A stretch of 64,000 nucleotides of DNA from Narcine bancroftii (Eukaryota), in assembly GCF_036971445.1 (NCBI RefSeq), contig NC_091474.1, positions 42,346,001 to 42,410,000 of the forward strand, read 5' to 3'. The translations under genes were made by a program, and so were the position numbers. Numbering within the stretch: the first letter of the stretch is position 1; every line of letters starts with the position of its first letter. This document shows, piece after piece, positions 12,604 through 25,196 of this stretch. The notes under the pieces are model-generated. The model was not told where the DNA came from. It ran no database searches and saw only the letters and a list, made by a program, of their open reading frames with translations.

Positions 12604-13500
12604 TGGTCATTATCAATTCCAATATCAGACAGGAAAGAGCAGACATGTGCAACATTTAAACAAAAATTTAAAAAATTACAGAGTTCGACAAATTAGAAAC
12701 ATCTAGATTTGGAAAGGATGCAGAGTTGGGTGGAGAAGTGGCAGATGAAGTTCAATCTGTCTTGGTGTGAAGTGATTCACTTTGGTAGGTCAAAGTTGAA
12801 GGTGGAAAATGTAGTTAATAGCGGGATTCTTAATATTGTGGAGGTACAAAGAAATCTTGGGATCCAGGTCCATAGATCCTTCATGGTTGCTATGCAAGTT
12901 GATAGGGTAATAAAGAAGGCATATGGTGTGTTGGCCTTCTTTAGTTGGGGTATTGAGTTCAAGAGCTGTGAGGTCATGTTGCAGCTCTCTAAAACTCTGG
13001 TTGCCCAATTACAGGAAGGATGTAGATGCTTTGGAGAGGGTGCAGAGGAAATTTACCAGGATGTTGCCTGGATTGGAGAACATGTCTTATAAAGCAAGGA
13101 TGATTGAGCTCAGGCTTTTCTTTTTGCCATTATGAAGAACGAGAGGTGTCTTAATAGAGGTGCATAAAATTATGAAGGATTAGAAAGGGTGGACAATCAG
13201 CACTTTTTACCTGTGGTGATAATAGCAAATACCAGAGGATATCTGTTTAAGTTGAGTGGAGGAAAGTTTAGGGAGATGTCAGTGGTGAGTATTTTACAGA
13301 GAGTAGTGGGTGTCTGGAATGCTTTGTCTGGGGTGGTGGTGGAGGCTGGTACAATTGGGACATTCAAAGACTTAGCGGAGCTCGATGTAAAAAAAAATAG
13401 GAGATGGGTATGAGGTGGAGAAAAATTGTTGATGAGTAGATTTCCATAGGTCAACATGACATTGTTGGCTGAAGGTACTGTGCTGTAATGTTCTGTGTTC
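12604..13500 (+). mobile_element. CR1 LINE 3' fragment (includes the right arm of the inverted duplication)
   Basis: KWQMKFN..CEVIHFG, YRKDVDALERVQRKFTRMLPGLE and RVVGVWNAL. The 3' UTR ends GTGCTGTAATGTTCTGTGTTCTA. Confidence 0.88.
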
Positions 13501-14059
13501 TAGTACTCCCAGTGGGAGGTGTTGGTTAATGTAGAGATAGGATAATGATGCAGATGAATCATGAACAGAGGGAAGTTTCAGAACTCAGGAGGTTCATAGA
13601 TCACTGACATTGGTTCTGAGGAAACACAGGCCAGATGAGTTAAATCTCAAAGAGGAAAGACCAACATCCTCAGAGTCGCCTCATGTGGCGTAGCAGTTTA
13701 CTTAATTTTGTAGGAAAGTAGGAAATCAGGATGTTGCAATGAAAAGATGTGTACAGGATTGAGAGAGTTATATGTCACCTTAGCAGGAAATAGTGTTGTT
13801 TGGATGTGTCCTGACAAATATTTAGTGCAAGAAGGCCCAAGGTATTTTTGTAGTCTATAAACAAGATTGGACAGTTGCAGACATGATAAGCAATGTGGGA
13901 TTTTGATAATGTTGATGTAATAATATATGTGTATATTGTATACATTTCTATCATTTTATAGGGTGGGGGGGTGGAGAGAGAGAGAAATAATGGAGACCTG
14001 GGCAAAAGAAGGGCAGGATGGGATTCAAAATATGATGTCAGGGTACAAGGGGTTCAGCA

Positions 14060-14330
14060 CACTTGAAAGTGTGCTGACCGGCTACATCACGGTCTGGTGT
14101 GGGAACACTAATACCCCTGAGTGAAAAGCCCTCCAAAAGGTAGTGGACACAGCCCAGAACATCACAGGCAAAAACCCTCCCCACTATTGAGTACATCTAC
14201 AGGGAACATTGCTGTTGGAAAGCAGCAGCAATTATGAAGGATCCACACCACCAGTACACACTCTGTTCTCGCTGCTGCTAACAGGAAAGAGGTCTCGGTG
14301 CCACAAGACTCGTACCATCAGATTCTAGGA
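14060..14330 (+). mobile_element. Rex1/Babar-type LINE 3' fragment
   Basis: ESVLTGYITVWCGN; similar to the reverse complement of 60560-60860. Confidence 0.7.
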
Positions 14331-15529
14331 TCCCAACCCAACAAAAATCCAGTGATATTTTGGTGCTGAGTTGATTAACCTCCATTGACCATGACCAACT
14401 TACCTGGTGAGAGATGCAACTTCAACAATACATGTGTTTCTGTCCTTAAGATGTATTAATTTTACCAGGGTTTCTTTATACCAAACTCAGTCAAATCCTA
14501 CCTTGATGCCAAGGGCATCTTGATGACTCACCTCTGGAATTCAGCTCTTTATTTTACATGATGAGGTCTGAAGCCAAGTGGACCTGGCAAAACCCAAACT
14601 TGTGTAACATTGATGAGTATTTGATGTTCGACAGCACAAGCAATGACATATCCCATTTTGCTGATGTCTAGGAGAAAACTGATCTGAATGCAATGAGCTG
14701 GATTAAATTTGTTCTGCTCTTTGTAAAGGTACATCTCGTCAACAACATGGAATATCCATCTATGCCTGGACAATATTCCACATTATTGAAGAGATGTACC
14801 TTGATTGCAACCAGCACAAGCCATCGTGTTCTAAACCACAATCTCCTGGAGGAACTCCGCAGGTCTGGCAGCATTAGTGGGAGAAAAAGAATGGCCACAA
14901 CCCTTCATTGTTCTTGCTACAGTTTAGTTACCGAGCTCGTTCAATGGTAGAATAGGCCTGAGTAACTGAATGGCCCACTCTTGTTCTGCTTCCCATAGCC
15001 AGGCACAGACACCAAACCCTGATGAGCTGGGCCACATGTCCACTTTCAAGATGGGGGGAGGGTGTGTGTGAGGTGTCGTCCTCACCTCTTTGCACTCCAC
15101 TCGTTTGATTTGTTGATACAGCAGGGCCTTGGGAACATACAGGTTCTCCATTTCCCCAAATTCCACTTTAAATGTTCACCATTTCCTGCCATTTTCAACA
15201 GCAAATGTAGATCACACTGAGATTAACATTTGGTATCCCAAGTTCCAAAATGCTCGTCATATACTGGAGAGATTAAGATGTGAACTTCAAATATCTTGCC
15301 AATATTTACTTGCAGCTCCTTTTTACCTTTCCGGTATTTTGTTTCAGTAACGAATATTATTTTGTTTATTTCATATCACCAATGCATTACAACAGTTGGA
15401 ATACCTCAGCATAATGAGTTTGTAAGCAGAGGGGCACCTTGGGCTGGTCAGCTAGTCTATACCTGAATAACCTAGAATCACAGAGTGAAAATACAGAGCA
15501 TTGGAAGCTAGTTGGCAGAAAGACACTTT

Positions 15530-15813
15530 TGTAGTGGGCCCAGCGACCGCATGAGTAAACGGACCGAATTTCCGCAACATGCAGCCAATCCAAGATGGAG
15601 CAGGGAGAGACACCACAACACGACGACGTCACTTCCGGTGACGTACCCACCGGCTTCCAGAAGTGGTGTCGTGGTGTCTCTCCCTGCTACACCAAAGTGG
15701 ACTGGAAGTGGGCAGGCCAACAAGGAGATGCAGCGAATTCAAACCAATAAAGTCATTCTTTGGTTCACCCTCACACCTCTTTACTCAGTCACGCTGCTGC
15801 AGCAGTTGGTACA
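15530..15813 (+). mobile_element. Solo LTR with a 4-bp TSD and internal hairpin
   Basis: Ends are TGTAG...GTACA, with CTTT on both sides (15526-15529 and 15814-15817). CCAAT at about 15586, AATAAA at about 15746, CpG-rich. Confidence 0.85.
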
Positions 15814-15869
15814 CTTTGATCTTATGGTGCAATTAGAAAGTTTACAAAAACACACAATGAGGCAGATTC

Positions 15870-16725
15870 TGGGGGTGGTGGGGGGGGATACAGATTAAAA
15901 TAGGCAAAGCTTTGGTGGATAAAATTTGATATGGTGGCATTAAATCATACATCTGGTAAGAAAAATAAGGAAGGCCATTTTATATACAGGAACAGTTTTA
16001 AAGGGAGCCTTGGCTGCATGTATACAAATCCTTGGAGGCGGCAGGACAGGCTAAACAGGCTACAAAAATGTACATGTACTCCTTCGAGCAAGAAAGCAAG
16101 AAGTTATGCTTAACATTTATGAAAGGAAAATTAGGTCACAATAGAAAATTGAATTCAATTCAGGGAACTTCACATTAAATCTTTGACTGGGAAGTTGATT
16201 TCAGATGTCTGTGAGGAAGAAAGAACAAAGGACATTAAGGGGAGATTTAACAGAGGTCCTCAATATCATGAAGGACTGAGGTAATATATAAGAATCAGTT
16301 CTGTTTAATACCAGAAGAGCCAAAGGAGGTGAGTTTAAGATTATTAGCAACAGAAACCAGATGACACCAGGAACATATTTTTAGAAAGAAAGCAATGAGT
16401 TCATCTGGTATGCACTCCCTAAAACAGAGGCGGAAACATTTGAAAGGAAATTAGATAAATACTTTGAAGGGACAAAAATTGTATGACTACAGAGAAAGGA
16501 TAGAGATATGGACAAATAGCAGCCAAAGAATTGGCAGGCCCACAGTAGGGCAATTACCCCACAGTAGGGCAACTGGCCCCACAGTAGGGCAACTGGCCCC
16601 ACATTAGGGCAACTAGCAGTCCCACAGTAGGGCTCCTGGCAGCCCCACAGTAGGACAACTGGCCCCACATTAGGGCAACTAGCTCCACAGTAGGGCAACT
16701 GGCTCCATTCTCTCTGTACACTGTA
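15870..16725 (+). mobile_element. Old CR1 LINE 3' fragment
   Basis: Degenerate AGGGGAGATTTAACAGAGGT (RGDL.E), ACATTTGAAAGGAAATTAGATAAATACTTGAAGG, and a CR1-like 3' UTR. Confidence 0.62.
16537..16706. repeat. Minisatellite, about 20-bp unit x8
   Basis: Unit CCCCACAGTAGGGCAACTGG repeated 8 times with variants. Confidence 0.95.
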
Positions 16726-16729
16726 AGAA

Positions 16730-17845
16730 TTCAATTCCTTTCTCGCAATTCCTCCGTGTCCATTGTATATGCTCCCAGGAAGAGGTCTTCCATGCATGAT
16801 CATCTGAGATGTCCTCTTTCTTCAAAATACTCAGCCCTCACCCGCATATCCTCCATCTGCTCTGAAGCCCTCCATCCCCAGACGCAACAAGGACAGGATT
16901 CTCCTTGACTTCACCTACCATCCCACCAGCCTCTGCATCCAACATATTATCCAACGCCATTTCCGCCACCAACGACATAATCCCACCATCAGATACATCT
17001 TCCCTTCACTCTCTGTCTTCTTCCATGACTCACTTGTCCCACTCCTCCTTTCCCACCACTCCCCTCTGTGTAGGAATGCTACAATTGCAACCTCACGTCC
17101 TCCCTCATCACTATTTGGAGCCACAAACAGCCCTTTCAAGTGAAGCAACACTTCACTTGTGAATCTGCAGGGGTCGTCTACTGCATTTGCTGCCCCTGTT
17201 GTGCTCTCCTTTACATCAGAGTCTTGACACAAATTGGGAGATTGCCTCGTTGAGCACCTTTCCTCTTCTGCTTCAATAGCAGGAATCTCCCAGTGGGAAC
17301 CTATTTCAATTTCATGCCGAATATCCATCCATGGTCTCATGCACTGTGCCAGACTGAGACCTGAAGATTAGAGGAACCACATCTCATCTTCCTTCTGGAG
17401 TCCCTCCAAATGGATGCATTAACATCGACCTCCAGTTTCTGTTAGCACCCAACCCCGTCTCTCCCCTTCCCCTGACCCTATTTCTCCTTTCATCTCATTC
17501 TCTCTTTTTCCCTTTCCTTCTGTCTCCTTTCTTCCAGCTCTGCATTCACAGAGCCACCCATTTCCCCTATCAATTCTCTCGTCTTCTCCTGTTCTCCTCT
17601 TCATTTCTGATTATTGCCTTTTGCCTGTTGGCTTGTGCTCCTTGCCCTGCCCTTTCCTCCCCCCTCCCACACCCTTTTTATTCAGGTCTTGCCGACTTTT
17701 TTGTTCAGATCTTGTAGAAGGGCTCAGGCTCGGAATGTCAGCAATATGTCTTTGCGACCTATGGACGCTGAAAGACCAGCTGAGTTCCTCCAGCATCTTT
17801 TGAGTATTTACTACAATCGCAGCATCTGCAGACTTTCGTGTTTCC
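16730..17845 (+). mobile_element. Penelope-like element 3' part (GIY-YIG remnant plus terminal repeat)
   Basis: TCESAGVVYCICCPCCALLYI at about 17155-17220 is a GIY-YIG-type motif, followed by LEEPHLIFLL. A pyrimidine tract precedes the ..GAAGGGCTCAGG..GCTGAGTTCCTCCAGCA terminal segment. Similar to 55430-56470. Confidence 0.8.
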
Positions 17846-18904
17846 CTCCTTCTGACCCCATTCAATACTGATTATGCAATTCAGGACATCGAGATGGGGA
17901 AGGTCATTTTTATTTGGAAAGGAAATCAACAATGTTTAGATAATCTTAAATTTTTAGTGAAAAGGCTTTTCTTAGATATGCCAAGTGAAAATTTGGAATT
18001 GTCTCCTTCAAAAAGCCATAATTTCCAGGGAAATTAGGATAAGTTGAGATAACAATGTCACAAGGTTCGTAGGGCAGGTGCGAGAACATTAGCCGTGACC
18101 TAACAATGTCACAACAGGCCGTACAGCAAAATGATCAACTTGTGTCTCGAAACCCTTCACTTTCCTAAACATAAGGAAGGACTTTAATGATGAGGACACC
18201 TTTAAGGTTAAAATTTCTGCACAGCACACTTACTTGGTAACGAAAGAGGTGTCAAAACCAACAAAAAGAGCAGCTTGCATCTTTAACACAAGTTCCACAT
18301 GCTTTGCAAATTGTTAGTTAACCAAACTAGGAAATAACTGGACAGGGGACCCAAAGGTTCATCAAAAATCTTAATCTTGAAGGACATCTCAAAAGCAGAG
18401 ATTTTTATTCACAGAAAACAAGGGATAAAAGCTGAGAAAAATGCAAGCACAACCACCAATGCAGGAGGGAAACCAGTGATCAGAATTAGAAGAACACAAT
18501 ATTCCTCCTAGTTATAGGTTGCAATGAGAATCCTAGTGGTCAGTCCAGGTTGCTGGGTCCTGGGATCTGGAAGCCAGGATGAGAAGCAGTTGGGCTCAAA
18601 GACTCCAGGGCCAGAGAGGACAGATGTCAAACTGTGTCACAGTCACAAGCTGCAGCCAACCACTGCAGCATGTGCTGTACGCGTGATGCAATAAGCTGGA
18701 ACCTGAAACCCGAGTTTCCTTTCTATTGTCCCAGTGGAATGCCAACTCTCTGGGGATGGTGCAGTAAAGTAGCAGAGAACAAGCACCCAGCATTTCCTAA
18801 ATCACTGCTGTGAACAGGCACTGAACATCCCATTACCTGCATACAAACTCATTCTGGCACACTTGGTTTCTATCCCACATTCACCAGTTTCTAAGACAAA
18901 GGTT

Positions 18905-19350
18905 GATAATGATGAGTTTATTGTCAAATACATTGCACCAAAATCCTTGCTGCCGCAGAACAAGTTCTTCATGAAAACAGACTACTACAATATACATAAT
19001 TGAATTGAAAAGTGACAATAAAAACGTAAGATAGATAGGTAATAAATATTCACAGATGAAAAAAATAAGACTTTCCATTAATGTAGACAGTTCTTTTGTG
19101 GTGTTGGAACAGACCTTGATTAGTGTAACAAGGGGAGGTTCAAGAGCTGTTGGAAAGAAACTGTTCTTTAACCCAGCTGGTCTTCAGGCTCCTGGACCTT
19201 CTGCCCGAAGGGGGCAGCGAGAAGAAGTTATGACCAGAATGATGGGGGTCCTTAAGGATATTGGCTACCTTCCTGAGGTAGCGGCTCACAATGGATGGGA
19301 GGTTGGGGCTTGTGATGGACCTGACGATGTCTGTGTTGTGTTGATATTGA
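18905..19350 (-). mobile_element. Rex1/Babar-type LINE 3' end
   Basis: ORF RKVANILKDPHHSGHNFFSLPPSGRRSRSLK. Confidence 0.78.
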
Positions 19351-19369
19351 TTTGTGTCGATGTGGTTCT

Positions 19370-19740
19370 CAGTGGTTCTCAACCTTTTTCTTTACACTTG
19401 CATATCACTTTAAGTAATCCCTATGCCATAGAGTGCTTTGTGATTAGTAAGGGATTGCTTAGGGTGGTATGTGGGTGGAAAAAAAAAAGTTTGAAAACCA
19501 CTATTTTAATCGTACCTAATTGACTCGTTATGTGCAGTTTCATAACTCCAAAGGAAATGGGCCAATGACAATTTTTCTCAAAGTGTTTCAGTAACAATTG
19601 GGTCTAGAGCAGTGATTCTCAACTTGCCCTTCCCACTCATAAACCACCTTAAGCAATCACTTACTAATCACAGAGCATCGATGGCATAGGGATTACTTAA
19701 AGTGGTATGTGAGTGGAAAGAGAAAGGTTGAGAACCACTG
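19370..19740 (+). mobile_element. Composite hAT (Charlie-type) MITE, copy 1: two palindromic units plus spacer
   Basis: Outer TIRs CAGTGGTTCTCAACC/GGTTGAGAACCACTG. Unit 1 is 19370-19503, the spacer 19504-19609, unit 2 19610-19740. Confidence 0.85.
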
Positions 19741-20329
19741 TTTAAGAGCTTTTGATGTTCTCCTTTGAGCTGTTTCCATATGTAAAATCCACATACCTGG
19801 GAGTTTTCCTTTGTGCCAGATGGGATCAACACTGGTCAATGTAATTCCATTCCCTTCTCCTGCAGCAATCACATTGCTATCCCATACCTCACATTCCCTG
19901 ACAAAATCACAATGAAGTTATCCGTAAGGGAACAGAATGCAAATACTATCCAGTACTCCAGCAGGGAACAACTGTGCGTGCCAGACTCCCATCTAACAGT
20001 GGAGGACCGACCAGCTCTTGAGAGTGGTAGAAAGTTGATGGGAATTAGTCTGATTTGCCGGTCATGTTAGAAACTCAGTTTGACCATTCTCCTGATTTAT
20101 CAACTTGTTATTTTGTCTTTTACCACATTTTCTGTGAACTTTAAATCCAAATAGTATTCTGTGCACTGCTTGGAGAGCAAAAACAACCTTTTCAGTCTAT
20201 CTCAGTACATGTGATAAGGACCATAAACCCTTACAGTCTGGAATCTTATTATCAAGTGAAAAGTGCAAGATCCCCACTATCCCATGGAAACTCTCCACAG
20301 GAGGTAAACAAGATGCAGAAGTTGGGTTG

Positions 20330-20700
20330 CATGCAGTGTACAAATATGCTGGAGAAACTCAGCAGGTCACGTAGTATCCAAAAGAAATAAAGTGTTGGGC
20401 CTAGGCCCTTCATTGGACATAAACAAAAACAGGCAAGGGAAGGACACAGATTAACAGGTCGTAGGTGGATCCAGACAGGAGGGTAGAAGAGAAAAAAGCT
20501 GAGATGTGATGGGGGAGAGGGTAACTAACTCATGGGAGAGGGGGTAGCTAACTCATGGGAGAGTGAGGGGAAAGGAGTGGGAGCTGCAGGAAAGAAAATA
20601 GGAATAGGGAAAGGGAGACTGACGGGAGGGGAGTTCATGGAAACCAGAGTTGTCAATGTTATTGCCATCAGATCCAAAGGATCTGCTGTGGAATAAAACA
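20330..20700 (-). mobile_element. Penelope-derived 3' fragment
   Basis: ATGCTGGAGAAACTCAGCAGGTCA, a purine tract, and TGTCAATGTTTATTGCCATCAGAT. Reverse-complement-similar to 17390-17830. Confidence 0.65.
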
Positions 20701-21314
20701 CCATTTTCATTTAAAAATTCCTCCTTCTTCCTCTTCAATCTATAGTACAGCTATTGGATTTAGAACTGGGGTCCATAAGTCTCACGGTCATTATGAAAGT
20801 TACAAGGCCTTGACAAGATGTGTGGAAATATTTTGCAACAATGAATTCACTGTAATTTCTCTCTTCAATAAGTTAAGATGCATAAAAAATGAAATTTGAC
20901 CATTTCAAAAAGCAAAGATCAAGTTTCAAAAATGTCACGAGTGAACTTGCTTTGAGACTTCATACATTTGTAATTCAGTTGGTTACATAAGATCTACAGT
21001 AAACATACAAGCTCATGTCACATTTAGTATTAATATTAATATGTTAGTATTAATTATACAGGAGCTCCAACATATAATACTTTGTTTCCTTGTACACCGC
21101 CTTTACATTATGCTTTGTCATAATAACCAAACTGACAGGATGCAAGTTTATTTAAGGTTAAAAAAGGCTCAAGCACTTGAGCTCAGGCTTCCCCATTTTG
21201 GGGATACACAGAGACACAGTTCCGCTGCAGGTTCTCGACCCCAAATTTCGAGAATTCCTTTCTCTCCACAGATGCTGCTCAACTCACTGAGATCCCCCAG
21301 CAGTATGTTTGGTT

Positions 21315-22290
21315 TTTTAAAAAAATTTTAATAGAACTTTAAACAAATATTTCCAAAAGTTGTATCTCAGATACTATACATATATATCATATATTTATAT
21401 TTTCCACATAATATTTATTTGAGGTATACACCTATAGAGAGAAGAAGACAGAACAAGAAAAAGGAGAAAACTATATCTAAGTAGGGAATGACTTTTTTAA
21501 CAACATAATCATTGATTTGTAAGAAAGTTAAGCCGACTAAGTGTAGTTAAACCATTTTTTCCCAGTATGAATCAAATTGTTCCAACCAATTATTGACAGA
21601 TGCCGCTATCTTACCCATTTTATAAATGTCCATTATAATTTCCTCCCATGCATTTAAAGTTGGGCTCTCCTGTGATAACCATTTCCTGGTAAGAGACATT
21701 TTATCATCATTACATCCATTAAATGTTTATCTCTTTTCAACCATTCTTGAGATATATACTCAAAATATATGGTTTTACTTTCTAAGGGTATTTCACATTT
21801 AAAAATGTCTTGTCAGGCATTGTGTATCCCACTCCAATAATCTTTGACAATAGGGCAGTCCCAAAAGATATGGTAACGGTTTGCATTTTGATTTCCACAA
21901 TTTCTCCAGCAAACAGGGAGGTTACTATTTTAATGGGGTTTCTGAGAAGTATCTTATCAGGTTTTTTTCCACCCAAACTCCCCCCATTTCTGTGAACTGG
22001 TCACTTCCATTGATACCTGCATATTATTGTCCATTCTCCCTCCTTCCTTTTCCCATTGTTTTAATGTATGAAGTCGAGTGTGTTTTAAGATTTGATGGAC
22101 CTTTATATACACTTGAAATGATTTTACTAGCATTATCTGAATTACATGCTTTTCTAAACAGTTCTATCAAACATGTACTTGCCTTGGTTACATATCGTTA
22201 TTAACATAATGTCGTATCTGCAAATAACAATAAAAGCTTTGTTTTTATGCTCCACTTTACCTTTCTAAGTACCTGTCTTAGCCATTCTAC
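21315..22290 (-). mobile_element. L1-clade LINE 3' fragment
   Basis: T-rich tail at about 21315. Minus-strand remnants KWLSQESPTLNAWEEIIMDIYKMGKI are typical of an L1 ORF2 C-terminus. Confidence 0.68.
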
Positions 22291-22444
22291 TGAAATCCTT
22301 GACTGATTGGAAAGGACAGAGGAGAAAATCTCCCTGTTTTTGGCTTTTCTCGGCCTTTCACACTGGTACAATGATTAAGCCTCAGGACAACACAGGTTCA
22401 GTTGCTGATCATGTGAGTCAGAGCCGCTCTGCACCAATACAGGA

Positions 22445-23540
22445 TTCTTCTTTCTTTGGCTTGGCTTCGCGGACGAAGATTAATGGAGGGGTAAATGTCC
22501 ACGTCAGCTGCAGGCTCGTTTGTGGCTGACAAGTCTGATGTGGGATAGGCAGACACAGTTGCAGAGGTTGCAAGGGAAAATTGGTTGGTTGGGGTTGGGT
22601 CTTGGGTTTTTCCTCCTTTGTCTTTTGTCAATGAGGTGGGCTCTGCAGTCTTCTTCAAAGGAGGTTGCTGCCCGCCGAACTGTGAGGTGCCAAGATGCAC
22701 GGTTTGAGGCGATATCAGCCCACTGGCGGTGGTCAATGTGGCAGGCACCAAGAGATTTCTTTAGGCAGTCCTTGTTTGGTGCACCTCTGTCTCAGTGGCC
22801 AGTGGAGAGCTCGCCATATAACACGATCTTGGGAAGGTGATGGTCCTCCATTCTGGAGATGTGACCTACCCAGCACTGTTGGATCTTCAGCAGCGTGGAT
22901 TCGATGTTGTCGGCCTCTGCCATCTCGAGTACTTCGATGTTGGTGATGAAGTCGCTCCAATGAATGTTGAGGATGGAGTGGAGTCAACGCTGGTGGAAGC
23001 GTTCTAGGAACCGTAGGTGATGCCGGTAGAGGACCCATGATTCGGAGCTGAACAGGAGTGTGGGTATGAGAACAGCTCTGTATACGCTAATCTTTGTGAG
23101 GTTTTTCAGTTGGTTGTTTTTCCAGACTCTTTTGTGTAGTCTTCCAAAGGCGCTATTTACCTTGGCGAGTTTGTTGTCTATCTCGTTGTCGATCCTTGCA
23201 TCCGATGAAATGGTGCAGCCGAGATAGGTAAACTGGTTGACCGTTTTGAGTTTTGTGTGCCCGTTGGAGATGTGGGGGGACTGGTAGTCATGGTGGGGAG
23301 CTGGCTGATGGAGGACCTCAGTTTTCTTCAGGCTGACTTCCAGGTCAAACATTTTGGTAGTTTCCGCAAAACAGGACGTCAAGCGCTGAAGAGCTGGCTC
23401 TGAATGGGCAACTAAAGTGGCATCGTCTGCAAAGAGTAGTTCACGGACAAGTTGCTCTTGTGTCTTGGTGTGAGCTTGCAGGCGCCTCAGATTGAAGAGA
23501 CTGCCATCCGTGCGGTACCGGATGTAAACAGCGTCTTCAT
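22445..23540 (-). mobile_element. RTE (AviRTE-like) 5'-truncated copy
   Basis: ELLFADDA, FTYLGCTISSDARIDNEIDN and the family 3' end; a few indels. Confidence 0.92.
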
Positions 23541-25196
23541 AGTACCATTCAAACTAATATGCAAAATGTACCACTTGGTCCTTCAAACCTGCTTCACCAT
23601 TTAATATGATCAAAGCTGATTTTAATCTCAATCTACATTTCTGTATATCCTGGCAACCTTTCACTCCCTTTTTTATTAAGATTCTGTCTGCAAATGCCCT
23701 TAAAAATATTCAAAGACTGCTTTCACCACCCTTTGATGAAGGAAATTTGACACCTCGGTCAGAACTGTTTCGCAGCACTTGCCTGATCTTGCACATAACA
23801 GGTCATCCTGCAGTATAATTTACAAAGGTGCAGTTCATAAGATTCCTTAGTGCAGGCAGTGATCTCCACAATCACCCACTAATATCAGGTGAGACTGTGG
23901 CAAACAAAGTGAGAGCTACAGTTAAAGTTTGAATTTACAACTTCAGCATTGTCCAGATATGCACTCTTACATCTATCTTCCCAGGCAGTCCCTTGGGATC
24001 GAGAGCGAACTGCCTCCACCCTGATTTTGTGGGTTCTGTGGCAGCTGACGAGGCTAGCGTGGGAAGCCAAGACTCTCCCAGGAGCAGGATGGAAGGGTGA
24101 GTAGCACTCCTTCTGCCACTGTACTTTTGATACATGGACTCAAGGTTCCCAAATGCTCTTACTGCATTCTGCCAGAGATTCACAGGCTCAGCTGCACTTC
24201 TGCAAGGAACTTTGAAGATATCCTCAAATCTTTTCCTCTACCTTGCGGCAATCTCCTGGCCTGACGAAGTTGGCATATTGAATTTCAATGTCTACCTTCA
24301 CTGAGGAATGACTTCCGAGATATGGGAAACAATGTCAATTTTCCAGGGTCCTGTAAACTTTTCTATTCAGAGCTCAATGTGTGCACTGGGGCTAAGATAG
24401 TGGAGGATCTCAGCCTTGCCATGCTCTCTAATGCTTTGGTGATGTTTTTGAGGTCCTACAAACATTCAAAGAATCAGCTCAACTACTGGATTGTTGTACA
24501 CCACACTCGCTGATTTTACCAAGTAGCTGCTAAAGAAATGATAGTTTTTCAGTCACAATAATGAAGTTAACTCATTGGATTTATGGTTCCCAACTGGCCT
24601 CCAGACCTCTGGATGCAAGTCCAATTCCTTAACTACTATTCCATGATACCAGCCTCTGTTCTCCTGCATTATATTTTCTTATATTACAGGCACTTTTTTC
24701 CTTGCACTGTATTTTAGGAATTTAGTATCTGTCTATCTTTTGCATTTAAGAGCTCTTTTTAATTAAGTTAATGGATACTATTGGAGTTGGGGTTTTTCTT
24801 CACAAAATGCCTGTTTAGCTGCAGCAAGTAAGAATTTTGATGCACCTGATGTACGTCCTTCTGAATATTGGAAAATGCTGTAAGAATTTCAGAAGATGAA
24901 TACTCACCTTCTCCCTGTAAATGAACTAGGAACAGAAAGGTGACCTAATAATGAAGCAATGCAATGCCCAATCATTGAGTTGGACCACCTTTAAGCCCAT
25001 CATACCCACCAATCACCCATATGAACTCATGCCATTTACAAGCACAAAACCCACAAGTTCCCATGCCTTGGCCATTCAGGTCCACTTGGGTGTGGGTGAG
25101 AGTACCTCCACAACCTTTCAGGAAGTGAGTTCCAGATTTCAACTGGGCAAAAGTACTCTTCTTCAGATCCCCTCTAAAGTTGCTATCTCTCTACCC

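Noticed and set aside
16537-16706. CRISPR-like array
   Set aside because: The units are head-to-tail with no unique spacers, there are no cas genes, and the context is eukaryotic.
16381-16803. 140-aa Cys/Pro-repeat ORF
   Set aside because: It is a translation of the minisatellite and adjacent TE sequence.
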